From Candidatus Peribacteria bacterium (lineage in GTDB: Bacteria; Patescibacteriota; Gracilibacteria; UBA1369; LOWO2-01-FULL-3), in NCBI GenBank assembly GCA_943356465.1, contig CALREX010000004.1:112448-176447 (forward strand): a stretch of DNA of 64,000 nucleotides, in the 5' to 3' direction. This document shows positions 55,344 to 64,000 of this stretch, piece after piece; within the stretch, counting starts at the first letter, position 1, and the number at the start of each line of letters is the position of its first letter. Both the position numbers and the translations under genes were made by a program. The notes beneath the pieces were generated by a model. It saw only the letters and a list, made by a program, of their open reading frames with translations. It was not told the DNA's origin and did not search any database.

Positions 55344-56531
55344 TTATATCAATTTTTTAGACTTCAAAATCTTTAGATATTCTGCTTTCATATAAACTGC
55401 AGTTCCAATACCAATAAGCCCAGCACCTGCATCAAAAAGCCATCCGGCGAAAGGTATAATGCCAACAATATAATAAAATAAAAGTCCTAGAGCAGACCAC
55501 AAAAATAGAGTGAATTCATTTATTTTTTTATTTTCTGCAAATTTTCCAATGTATCCCCCAAGCCAAACTGCAGCAAAAATCTTGCCAAAATAAAGTAAAA
55601 TCAAACCTGCAACAAAAGCAATCATTCCAAGTGGAATACCAACCATTGTAAATACAAGAATAATTCCTCCAATAAAACACGAAATAAGGGCAATAACTCC
55701 TATCCCCATAGATTTAAAAATATTTTGCTTCGCAAATTCAGCCGCTTTAACAAGATAGTTTTTAAAGAAAGCACACAGCAAAGCCAAAATAACCAAGGCG
55801 GATATATAACTGAAAATTTTATCCATTACAATGTCACGAGTTTTTTCTCCAAAATTTTCTTTGTTTTCAGATTTATTAAATTTTATTTTTCCTGCAACAA
55901 TATTATTTGGAATCTTAGATTCAACTAATGAAGAATAACTAAAATTACCTGCGACTTTTGCAGTATATGAAACAGCAATATTATCTTGTACGACAATATC
56001 TACATCACGATCAATTTTACCGTTTAACATCAAAGTCCCGATAACCCCACGAAGATCCTCTTTGATTTCTCCATCAACAGTTACAAGTCCAGCAGTGCTT
56101 ATAAGACTTCCTCCAACAACTGAATTTTTGCCAACATCAATTTGTCCTCCAAGAGCAACTAAATCATCACCAACATTGCCAAAAATACTTACCTGTCCGC
56201 CAAGAACACGCACATCACCTCCTACATTTCCAACAACATTTACTTTACCACCTGCGACAACAAGATCCTCCTGAATATTTCCTGTAATCACAACATTGCC
56301 GCCGGCAATATATAAATCACCGAAAATATCTCCTTTTATGTCAGCACTTCCGGCAACAAAATAAGCATCATCTAAAATATTTTCATTTACGAGCAGGTTT
56401 TCTCCTGCACTTAAAACCGCAGCACTTACAGGCAAACTTAACAAAGATGAAAAGATAAAAAAACTAAGAAAGGAAAAAATAATTTTAGAAAAATTTTTCA
56501 TAAGTAAAAGATTAAATTCTTCATAAATCAT
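55344..56531 (-). CDS. membrane protein: signal peptide, bactofilin-like (polymer-forming, beta-helix) repeats, C-terminal multi-TM domain
   Basis: About seven imperfect ~19-20-aa repeats of the form G(D/N)I..DL.V.GG.V.V.G, followed by 5-6 hydrophobic helices. The start may instead be M11 (nt 56501). Confidence 0.65.
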   Translation of the reverse strand: MIYEEFNLLLMKNFSKIIFSFLSFFIFSSLLSLPVSAAVLSAGENLLVNENILDDAYFVAGSADIKGDIFGDLYIAGGNVVITGNIQEDLVVAGGKVNVVGNVGGDVRVLGGQVSIFGNVGDDLVALGGQIDVGKNSVVGGSLISTAGLVTVDGEIKEDLRGVIGTLMLNGKIDRDVDIVVQDNIAVSYTAKVAGNFSYSSLVESKIPNNIVAGKIKFNKSENKENFGEKTRDIVMDKIFSYISALVILALLCAFFKNYLVKAAEFAKQNIFKSMGIGVIALISCFIGGIILVFTMVGIPLGMIAFVAGLILLYFGKIFAAVWLGGYIGKFAENKKINEFTLFLWSALGLLFYYIVGIIPFAGWLFDAGAGLIGIGTAVYMKAEYLKILKSKKLI

Positions 56532-56580
56532 ATTTGAAAATAGTATCTATAGCCAAAGAAAAGAATTGACACGATAGGCT

Positions 56581-57975
56581 TTACCGCTCTAATAAAGCCA
56601 CACATTCGATATGATAAGTATGAGGGAACATATCTACAGGTTGAACTTCTTTGATCTTATATCCATATTCAATTAACCATGCACAGTCTCGAGCGAGTGT
56701 TGAAGGATTACATGAAACATAGATCAATTGATTTGGGGAGAAATCATTTATAAGCTTTGCGGTTTTTTGAGTAATACCAATTCTTGGTGGATCGATAACT
56801 ATAAGAGAAGGAGGTTCTTTAATATCTTTCAAAAGGCTATCAACATCACCGGTAAAAAAATCTATATTAAAAATTTTATTTTTCAAAGCATTTTCTCTTG
56901 CGACTTTTACAGCATCTTCAACAAGTTCAATTCCATAAACTTGATTCGCATATTTTGAAAGAAAAAGCCCTATTGTGCCTGTCCCGCAGAACAAATCAAA
57001 TATCGTCTTTTGCGGCTTATTTACAGCCATTCTGACAACTTGATTATACAGAACTTCAGCTTGAAAAGTATTAACTTGAAAAAATGCCTGCGGCAAAATT
57101 TCAAAAACCATTTCATTTCCATTTTCAAGAATCATTTTTTCGGTAAGAGATTTTTTCCCGTAAAGTAAAAATTCTTTGGAAGTTTTTGGCACACCTTTTT
57201 TCGCAATAACCATTGTCCAATAAACAGATGTGATTTTTTTCTCCTCATCTTTGAAATCTTCAGAAGACAAAACATCTGCATAATTTTGCATGATTTTTTC
57301 TGCATTTTTTGGTAAATCATCAGAGGTTACAAGATTGATCATAACCTCATTAGTGCGCTTTCCTTCACGAATATATAAGGCTTTCAAAAAACCTGATCCA
57401 TCGGTGTATTTGAAAGGTTCAAATCCTGTTTCAACAAAAAAATCACGTGTTTTATTTACAATCCTCGCTGAAAATTCAGATTCGAGATGGCACTCATGCA
57501 AATCCAAAATATCAAATCTTCTGTTTGGTAAGTGCATACCAAGCGCAAATTTCATTTCACCATCATATCCAAAAGAAAACTCCATCTTATTGCGATAATA
57601 ATAGATATTTTCACTTCCTATAATTTTAGAAATATTTACATTTTTGATTTTTCCAATTCGCTCAAAAGCGTCTTTGACCTGTTGCTCTTTGAGTTTTAGC
57701 TGGTTTTCATATGGCATAGATTGAAGCTGACATCCGCCACAAGTTCCAAAATATTTACATTTTGCTTCACATCTGTCTTTTGATGGCGAAATCATTTCTA
57801 CAAATTGTGCCTCAAGAAAATTTGATTTTATTTTTGTCAAACTCGCACGCACTTTATCTCCAGGCATTGTATTGTCGACGAAACAAGTAATGCCATTATA
57901 TTTTCCAATTCCTTTTCCTCCAAAAGCTATAGAAGAAATTTCAACCTCAATAATTTGTCCTTTTGTAAGTTGCAT
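56581..57975 (-). CDS. rlmD: 23S rRNA (uracil-C5)-methyltransferase, RlmD/RumA family
   Basis: N-terminal TRAM domain, an Fe-S Cys cluster (CKYFGTCGGCQLQ), SAM motif DLFCGTGTIGL, DPPRIG, and a catalytic Cys region (YVSCNPSTLARD). Confidence 0.85.
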   Translation of the reverse strand: MQLTKGQIIEVEISSIAFGGKGIGKYNGITCFVDNTMPGDKVRASLTKIKSNFLEAQFVEMISPSKDRCEAKCKYFGTCGGCQLQSMPYENQLKLKEQQVKDAFERIGKIKNVNISKIIGSENIYYYRNKMEFSFGYDGEMKFALGMHLPNRRFDILDLHECHLESEFSARIVNKTRDFFVETGFEPFKYTDGSGFLKALYIREGKRTNEVMINLVTSDDLPKNAEKIMQNYADVLSSEDFKDEEKKITSVYWTMVIAKKGVPKTSKEFLLYGKKSLTEKMILENGNEMVFEILPQAFFQVNTFQAEVLYNQVVRMAVNKPQKTIFDLFCGTGTIGLFLSKYANQVYGIELVEDAVKVARENALKNKIFNIDFFTGDVDSLLKDIKEPPSLIVIDPPRIGITQKTAKLINDFSPNQLIYVSCNPSTLARDCAWLIEYGYKIKEVQPVDMFPHTYHIECVALLER

Positions 57976-57993
57976 AGCCAGGATTCTATCACA

Positions 57994-58812
57994 CTATGCC
58001 CTTGGCGCAAATTCTGGTGTTTCAAATTTTATTACAGATTGAGCACGAGTTTGTCCTTTTTGGTCATACTCAAGCTCAGGAAATATTTCCCAGAAGAATT
58101 TTACTGCAGCATCTTTTTCTCCAGTAGGAAGTGTTTCTACATGCATTTTATTATACATTTCATAAATTTTTCCATATTCACATTTGTAGTAAAGATTGTA
58201 AACTTCTTTTGCAATAGCATCGGAATTTCCTCCTTTCGACATTCTGCTCAAAAAGTCAGAAAACTCAGCCAAAGCTTTATCATATTTTTCTGTAGCTTTA
58301 GGCCCATCCGGTCCATCTTCAACAACACCAATAGCTCTCAAATAAACTTCTACAAGGCCCTCATTTGGAACAGTATTTTTTCTGTGAGCAGTTTCATGTG
58401 CAATAACATGAGCAAGCCTATGTGCAGGATGAAGAAGCATGATGGGATCGATTTTAGTACCTTCAGCACTGGCTTCGCCGACTTTATTTCCTGGTAAAGA
58501 TTGAAAAAACACATCATTTGGATCCGGTTTTACACAAGCAGGAAGTAATTTTAAAGCTTCCTGTAGGTTTTTTAAAGCAGCATCAGGATTAGGGATTTCA
58601 ACATCTGAAATTGTAACTGATTTAGATCTATCACTATCGTCAAAAGCTTTATCAAGTATAGCAAACACATTTTTAAAGCCTAATGATTCAGGAACTTTAG
58701 TTTCATCAGCACTCTTAGGTACTCTACCAAGAGGACGCATTTGCTCTCCATCCGGTAGGGTATCATTGAAATCGTTCGAAGCTTTCCCTGTATTTGGCCT
58801 TAGATCTGCCAT
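57994..58812 (-). CDS. hypothetical protein with HExxH zinc-metallopeptidase-like motif
   Basis: AHVIAHETAH contains HETAH. Amino-acid composition is normal, unlike the F/S/C-rich opposite-strand ORF. No signal peptide is evident. Confidence 0.55.
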   Translation of the reverse strand: MADLRPNTGKASNDFNDTLPDGEQMRPLGRVPKSADETKVPESLGFKNVFAILDKAFDDSDRSKSVTISDVEIPNPDAALKNLQEALKLLPACVKPDPNDVFFQSLPGNKVGEASAEGTKIDPIMLLHPAHRLAHVIAHETAHRKNTVPNEGLVEVYLRAIGVVEDGPDGPKATEKYDKALAEFSDFLSRMSKGGNSDAIAKEVYNLYYKCEYGKIYEMYNKMHVETLPTGEKDAAVKFFWEIFPELEYDQKGQTRAQSVIKFETPEFAPRA

Positions 58813-58875
58813 AGAAATTAAAACATATTATTATCATACAATTATACCAAAAAACGGGCTTAAACTCAATCAATA

Positions 58876-61104
58876 TCACTCTCCGTCAAAATGTTGCTGG
58901 AAAAACCATTTGATCAAATCCCAATTTTGTTCGAGTGGAAGTAGTGTATATGCATGATTTTCACCTTCACAGCTGGGTATAGAGCCGCCAGCAGCAGAGG
59001 ATTGATCGATAGAGGCCTGACAATCTTCTTTTGTTATATAAGGGGGAACAAAGAAAATATTTCCAGAGGACATAACATCATTAGAAACAATTTTATAATT
59101 TTGATATTTGAAATAATATTTGATAGCCTCATCGATAGAGACATCAGTTTCTGTCTTTCCCAGTACAGCTCTTGCAATCTTATAAACCGTATCTGCATCT
59201 CCAAAACCAAAATTCTGTGCTTTTTTTTGAATCGCCTGCAGAATCATTTGTTGTCTTTCTGCGCGCGCAAAATCAGAAGTGGTATGTCTGCTTCTTGCAA
59301 GTCTTAGAGCTTCTTTTCCACCCAAATGGTAATCTCCGGGTTCATAATGCAAAGTTCCCTCTTTGCCATTATCTATAGTCTTATAAGTCGGATCTACAAC
59401 AGCCTGATCTAGATGAATATCTATTCCACCTATCAAATCAATCACCTCAATAAAAGCATACATATCTATAACTATATATTTATCGAGTGTATATCCAGTA
59501 AGATTGCTGATCAATTTTTTCAGCTCAGGCATGCCATAAAAAAATGCATAAGCATTTATTTTTCGACCATTATAAAAAAGATCCCTAGGGATGCTGATCA
59601 TTTTTATCTCTTTTGAAGTTTCGTCCAGATGAGCAAATATCAAGGTGTCAGTAAGATCACCATTTTTACCTACGATAAGAACATTAAAAGTTTTATCAGC
59701 ATGAGAAACTTTATTATTAAAAGACGAAAGGTCTTTAGGGATCTCTAAAGTTTTTTTTTTGGAATCAGGTTCGAAAAAAAGAAGATTCTGCGAATTTGTT
59801 CCATCAGGTTGAACAATATTTACGACGCCTGTTGTCTTCTCAACAACAATAGAGCTAAGCACCTTATCACTCTTTGTCATAAGGTCGAAATAGTATCTGC
59901 TATTATCTTCACGAGGTTCTGAAATTTGCAGTCCGGCAGCCTCAAGAGCTATCATAAATCCTTTGTCTGAAAGAGTGTTTTTTACGTCTTCAAGGACTTG
60001 TTTTGACTTCTTCTCTATAGAAGTACTTGTATCAAGCTTTTCAATAAAAGGAAGAAGATCGGATTTTACATCTAAAGTGATCTTAGAAGAATCATCACTT
60101 TTATTTACCAATGAAACGTCCAAAGTTTTAAAATCAATAACAATTTCTCCAATAACTTCACTGGTCATATTATTGACGAAATATGTATATTTGAAATCTT
60201 TTTCTTTTGGAGTCCTATCGATTTTTGATTTTATTTCAGACAGTTTTGCCTTCATCGTCTCGGTGTCGGATGCGGATTCAATATCAGTTCGTGATTTATT
60301 TATACTATCGATTGTTTGCTTCCACTGCGGACCATTTGCATTGATGAAATTCACAAGATCTGTAAAAAATTCATCGGAATTTGCATAAAAAACTTCTCTT
60401 TTCTCATTTACAGTTTTTCTCATAAGTTTGCCGTCTTCTTTTGAGAGATAGAAAAATATTGCATTAAATTCAAGAGGCGTCTGACCTTGATACAGCAAAG
60501 ACAAAGAATATCCATTTGGATCTTCCACGAATTTTGAGAATGAAAGTCCATAAGTATTCATCGCAGATACAAGCGCTGCACTAGTATTTATTTTTTCAAG
60601 AAAAGATTTATTTAAATTAAGATGTGTTTCTATATTTTCCTTCTTAGACAGGTAGTCTACATATTGAAAAAGAGCCAGTTGAAGCCTGTTTGTGTTTTTA
60701 TTTTCATCGCTGGAAGAGTCATTTATTGTCTCAGAAGATGAATAGTCTGTTACAGGCATTCCGATATATTGGCGGACTTCATTTAGGTTTCCACCGATCT
60801 TAGCGGTGATTTCTTTTATCTGCCCAATCTCTGTTATAAGGGAAGTATCATGACTTTGTAAAAACGAAAAATTTCCGATTGTTGTTTGAATTTGTACATA
60901 TTGAACTACAAAAAGAACAACCAAAATAAACAGAAAAATATTTCTGAAAGAAAAAAATCTCTTTTTATGTCCAGAGTAATCAATTCCGGCATTTTTTTCA
61001 GCAACTACATACAATCCTTTTTCACTTTTGCTAAAACCATCAGTCAAATTTTTTTTTGTATCGCTGATTTTTACTTCACTCATCTTTGTCTCTCTTTTTT
61101 GCAT
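58876..61104 (-). CDS. LytR-CpsA-Psr (LCP) family cell-wall glycopolymer transferase with long N-terminal extension
   Basis: TM FLFILVVLFVVQYV. The C-terminal LCP core contains NVLIVGKNGDLTDTLIFAHLD, MISIPRDL and a conserved Arg region (LRLARSRH). Confidence 0.8.
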   Translation of the reverse strand: MQKRETKMSEVKISDTKKNLTDGFSKSEKGLYVVAEKNAGIDYSGHKKRFFSFRNIFLFILVVLFVVQYVQIQTTIGNFSFLQSHDTSLITEIGQIKEITAKIGGNLNEVRQYIGMPVTDYSSSETINDSSSDENKNTNRLQLALFQYVDYLSKKENIETHLNLNKSFLEKINTSAALVSAMNTYGLSFSKFVEDPNGYSLSLLYQGQTPLEFNAIFFYLSKEDGKLMRKTVNEKREVFYANSDEFFTDLVNFINANGPQWKQTIDSINKSRTDIESASDTETMKAKLSEIKSKIDRTPKEKDFKYTYFVNNMTSEVIGEIVIDFKTLDVSLVNKSDDSSKITLDVKSDLLPFIEKLDTSTSIEKKSKQVLEDVKNTLSDKGFMIALEAAGLQISEPREDNSRYYFDLMTKSDKVLSSIVVEKTTGVVNIVQPDGTNSQNLLFFEPDSKKKTLEIPKDLSSFNNKVSHADKTFNVLIVGKNGDLTDTLIFAHLDETSKEIKMISIPRDLFYNGRKINAYAFFYGMPELKKLISNLTGYTLDKYIVIDMYAFIEVIDLIGGIDIHLDQAVVDPTYKTIDNGKEGTLHYEPGDYHLGGKEALRLARSRHTTSDFARAERQQMILQAIQKKAQNFGFGDADTVYKIARAVLGKTETDVSIDEAIKYYFKYQNYKIVSNDVMSSGNIFFVPPYITKEDCQASIDQSSAAGGSIPSCEGENHAYTLLPLEQNWDLIKWFFQQHFDGE

Positions 61105-61224
61105 ATTTGCAGTTTAAGCCTTGTTATTCTAGAAAAAACACACAGATGTTGCAATGGGAAAAGATTTGCATGGCAGTATATCAATAATGTAAAGTAAAAA
61201 AAATAAACCATTCACCTCAACCAA

Positions 61225-61653
61225 ATGGAATCAAAAAGCGGGTTTAAATCATTACCGCTGTCGATGAAGATATTTTTTATAATAATGACAGTTTTAACAT
61301 TGTTATCGTTCTTATATCTTGAAAAGAATTCCATATTTATAATAGGCTTTGTTCTAAGAGGCGTTCTGGCAAAAATAGCTATAGCGCTGGTAAATATTTT
61401 TGTCCCGACAATACTTCTAATAGCAATGTTAAAAAGATATTCATGGACCGCAAAATATGCGACCTTTTACTTTGGATTTTTAATATTAAACAGTGTAATT
61501 GGTATAATCAGCTATACTTTGATAATGCCGGATGGACTTTTTAAATATCTATGGTCGTCAATTGCAATCGGCGCATCACCAAATATTGCACTCATAATAT
61601 TTTTGATTATTTTTTGGCGCGGTAGAAATTATTTTACGAAAAATTATGAATAG
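61225..61653 (+). CDS. small 4-TM membrane protein
   Basis: Four hydrophobic helices. The stop overlaps the next gene start by 8 nt. Confidence 0.55.
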   Translation: MESKSGFKSLPLSMKIFFIIMTVLTLLSFLYLEKNSIFIIGFVLRGVLAKIAIALVNIFVPTILLIAMLKRYSWTAKYATFYFGFLILNSVIGIISYTLIMPDGLFKYLWSSIAIGASPNIALIIFLIIFWRGRNYFTKNYE

Positions 61654-63073
61654 CGGAAAAACAATTCGGGTCATTACAATAACGCTATCTCTGATAATGG
61701 AGATGATTTTCCCGCTTGGAAATCAAGGATTCACAGCAAACGCAGATAGCTGCGACAACTCAGGTGCGAAATCGGAATATAACGGTTGCAAGACCTCGGC
61801 ATCACAGGAAAAAAACAGTTGTATAGAATCCTGTAAATGGTATTTGCAAGATCCATGTTATGGCGAATGTCAGAGCAACTACAATCAATGTTCAGGTGAA
61901 TGCAATTCTTCCTACAATACAGCAATAAGCGGTTGTTCAGAAACATACAACAGTCAACTATGCTCAAACAACGACAATGATAATTCAAATGAAAATCCTC
62001 CACCAAACAATCAATCTAGCAAAGAGCCAAAAAATTGCAATGGTGAACAAAATAATCTTGATGCGGCTCACAAAAAAGTGGCTGAGGCATGCAAAGGAAT
62101 TAACTATCCGGAAAGACTTTTAACAGACAAAGGACAAGAACCAAATGATATGATGGATTCGTTATGCAAAAGTTTAGATGAACAAGTAGCTAGAGATCAG
62201 GCCACATTGGATCGCGCACAGAAGTTACTTGACTGGGACAAATCGGAAAAAAGATTTTTTGAGGAAACTGTAATACCAAATATAAAAGAAGGACACGAAA
62301 AACTTTTGGATGATTATGAAAAACTGGAAAAAGATATTGAAGAAAAAAAAGAACTTCTCGATAAATCTTCAGAACATTTTAGCGAAATAAAAGCCGAATC
62401 AACGCAGGCATGGATTGAAGCAATTGCTGGAGCTGGAGGGCCGGCGGGGTTGTTTTTGGATGTAGGAATCTTGATAGGAAGGCTTTCGAAAGGATCACCA
62501 GTAAAGCATATAGGCATAAGGGTAGGTATAGACGCCGCAGAACATCCTGTGGAAAAAGGACTAGAAAAGATAGGAGAAATATTATTTGGAGAAACTACGC
62601 ATATGGGGCTGGGGCTTAATAAAGTTCCAGAAACACTGCTCGGCCATGTGGAATTTTCACCGCTTTCATTTGTTGGGATCGCATATGATGGACTGGAATT
62701 ACAGGAACTAAAAAATCTAACTGCTGATGCGGAAAAAGATTATAATCAAAAACTAAGCTGGTATGAAGATGCTCTGACAGCAATGAACGGTTTTAAAAAC
62801 AGGGATGATTATGCAAAATTAATGGGTATGGAAAAGAAACTGGAAGAAATTAATCAAAAAATCAGATTGCTCGATATAGAAATAAATAGCCTTGAAAAAC
62901 AAATTCCTGTAATGAAACACACGCTTGGAATATCAAAAGAATTATCCGACAAATGTCAAAAAGATAAACAAAACGAAGCAAATACAGTCGCTCAGCAGGA
63001 GAGATGTAGGAGCGCACTTAAAGAAGAACAAACGGCAAAAAGTAAACTCAAGGAATGTGAGGCGGCAAAATAG
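61646..63073 (+). CDS. secreted Cys-rich / coiled-coil hypothetical protein
   Basis: Hydrophobic leader. 13 Cys occur within ~75 residues (CDNS..CKTS..CIESC..CYGEC..CSGEC..GCSE..LC), followed by an N/D/P-rich linker. Long coiled-coil stretches flank a hydrophobic Gly-rich segment (AIAGAGGPAGLFLDVGILIG). Confidence 0.65.
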   Translation: MNSGKTIRVITITLSLIMEMIFPLGNQGFTANADSCDNSGAKSEYNGCKTSASQEKNSCIESCKWYLQDPCYGECQSNYNQCSGECNSSYNTAISGCSETYNSQLCSNNDNDNSNENPPPNNQSSKEPKNCNGEQNNLDAAHKKVAEACKGINYPERLLTDKGQEPNDMMDSLCKSLDEQVARDQATLDRAQKLLDWDKSEKRFFEETVIPNIKEGHEKLLDDYEKLEKDIEEKKELLDKSSEHFSEIKAESTQAWIEAIAGAGGPAGLFLDVGILIGRLSKGSPVKHIGIRVGIDAAEHPVEKGLEKIGEILFGETTHMGLGLNKVPETLLGHVEFSPLSFVGIAYDGLELQELKNLTADAEKDYNQKLSWYEDALTAMNGFKNRDDYAKLMGMEKKLEEINQKIRLLDIEINSLEKQIPVMKHTLGISKELSDKCQKDKQNEANTVAQQERCRSALKEEQTAKSKLKECEAAK

Positions 63074-63075
63074 TC

Positions 63076-63390
63076 ATGTGCTATAATCCTCATATGAACA
63101 AATACGAAAATCTTAGCAAACCACAGGCGGAGTTTGATTTTCACGATAAAGGGATTTTGAATGAAAACAGTATAAAAAGACTTACAGATGATTTTCTTCA
63201 TGAGTGCATGCGCAGAAAATATACTAAAGTCATTTTCATCACAGGGAAAGGATTGCATTCAAAAAAAGGAATGCCGGTAATAAAACCATTTTTACGACAA
63301 TACTTAAGTACTTTATCTTTTGTAGGTAGAGTTTACGAAGGGCGCTTTGATAGAGGTGGTACAGGAACTTTGGAGGTGACGTTGAAATGA
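63076..63390 (+). CDS. Smr (MutS2 C-terminal-like) domain protein
   Basis: DFHDKG...VIFITGKGLHSKKGMPVIKP...L fits the Smr domain pattern. 104 aa. The start could be ATG 63094. Confidence 0.7.
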   Translation: MCYNPHMNKYENLSKPQAEFDFHDKGILNENSIKRLTDDFLHECMRRKYTKVIFITGKGLHSKKGMPVIKPFLRQYLSTLSFVGRVYEGRFDRGGTGTLEVTLK

Positions 63391-63463
63391 AGGTAATAAT
63401 CTCTAGACATTCCTTATAATGTATATTATAAGGAGGTCTATGTATATGAAAATATAATGATTC

Positions 63464-64000
63464 ATGATTGAAGATAATCGAAGAAAAGTACACATACCAG
63501 AATTACCACCACGAAGACCTGCCTTTATGGGTGATCCAAGACAGGATCGACTTTTGGATAGACCAATAAGCAGGATTCCGATAGCAACAATAATGGCATT
63601 AACCAAAGCGAAAACTAACGACAGACGATCAAGTGACACATCGTTGGAAGATAATGATCCTATAGAATTGGCACCCAATCATATATTTCTTTATAAACCA
63701 GGGAAATTATCCGTCTTCGGAGGCAATCAAGAAGACTTTTTTAAATTTATGAAATCCAGACCTCAAGTTATTTTAGTTTTGAATATTCGCAAAAGTTGTC
63801 CAATACCAGCCAGTTGGGTTTCAGCTTTAAAAGATCTTAAACAAGAATATTCTTGTTTTAATTTCATCAGGCTTCATGATATAGATGCAGAAGATTCCAG
63901 CGCAATGATATACGTCGACGGACAGTTACAAAAGGATAAAATAAATCTTTCTCATAGTCGACAATTATGTCTGACTGACGAAGCTTTAATTGAATTAATT
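63464..64000 (+). CDS. partial CDS (runs off window): possible thioredoxin-fold, phosducin/TXNDC9-like protein without CxxC
   Basis: 179 codons from ATG 63464 to the window end are open, which is unusual in stop-rich AT DNA. The ORF is absent from the track because it has no stop. QVILVLNIRKSCPIPASWVSALKDLKQEYSCFNFIRL resembles the beta-alpha-beta core of a thioredoxin fold. Confidence 0.5.
   Translation, partial: MIEDNRRKVHIPELPPRRPAFMGDPRQDRLLDRPISRIPIATIMALTKAKTNDRRSSDTSLEDNDPIELAPNHIFLYKPGKLSVFGGNQEDFFKFMKSRPQVILVLNIRKSCPIPASWVSALKDLKQEYSCFNFIRLHDIDAEDSSAMIYVDGQLQKDKINLSHSRQLCLTDEALIELI

Noticed and set aside
56062-56274. 70-aa plus-strand ORF with PPTT/PPAT repeats
   Set aside because: The repeat is simply the antisense reading of the GG.V..G beta-helix repeats of the minus-strand membrane protein.
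57955-58497. 180-aa plus-strand ORF opposite the HExxH gene
   Set aside because: Its F/S/C/I-rich composition is typical of antisense frames. The minus-strand ORF is longer, has balanced composition and a motif, and continues the minus-strand gene series.
63403-63678. 91-aa minus-strand ORF at the window end
   Set aside because: It conflicts with a longer open plus-strand frame (63464-64000) that has better protein-like composition. It has no partner genes on its strand.
1-64000. Alternative genetic code (UGA recoding, as in some candidate phyla)
   Set aside because: All conserved genes (uvrA, thrS, hisS, recJ, pilB and others) are full length and uninterrupted under the standard code, and an 11.7-kb ORF stays open.

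Overview
This is an AT-rich, very gene-dense bacterial window that reads cleanly with the standard code: every housekeeping gene is full length, so I see no stop-codon recoding. I found no rRNA, tRNA, CRISPR array, transposase or integrase. About half the window is recognisable core machinery: thrS, recF, uvrA, rplJ-rplL, miaA, mazG, recJ, an nrnA-like gene, hisS, greA, tsaD, cca, an rlmD-like gene and an LCP enzyme. Metabolic genes are absent, and there are SLH-anchored envelope proteins, giant ORFs and Gram-positive-style type IV pilus genes. That content fits a reduced-genome, possibly episymbiotic monoderm lineage (CPR/Patescibacteria-like), but this is inference only. Two accessory blocks stand out. 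(1) 18043-39346, minus strand: a type IV pilus module runs membrane protein, PilO-like protein, PilB, PilC, pilin. After a hairpin it continues into a 3915-aa SLH-anchored multi-domain surface protein and four tightly coupled secreted proteins of unknown family. I consider this a candidate pilus-linked host or surface attachment apparatus. (2) 18-10419, plus strand: four large uncharacterised genes. They include a polytopic membrane protein, a 1273-aa protein with a His/Glu tract, and an 842-aa protein whose C-terminus looks like a RelA/SpoT-type nucleotidyltransferase fold. Non-coding oddities are a 3 x ~65-bp tandem hairpin repeat with an inverted partner between rplL and the pilus operon, and two arrays of four phased TTTAAT decamers bracketing the control region of an excisionase-family HTH gene. 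All domain calls come from reading motifs by eye; no searches were run.
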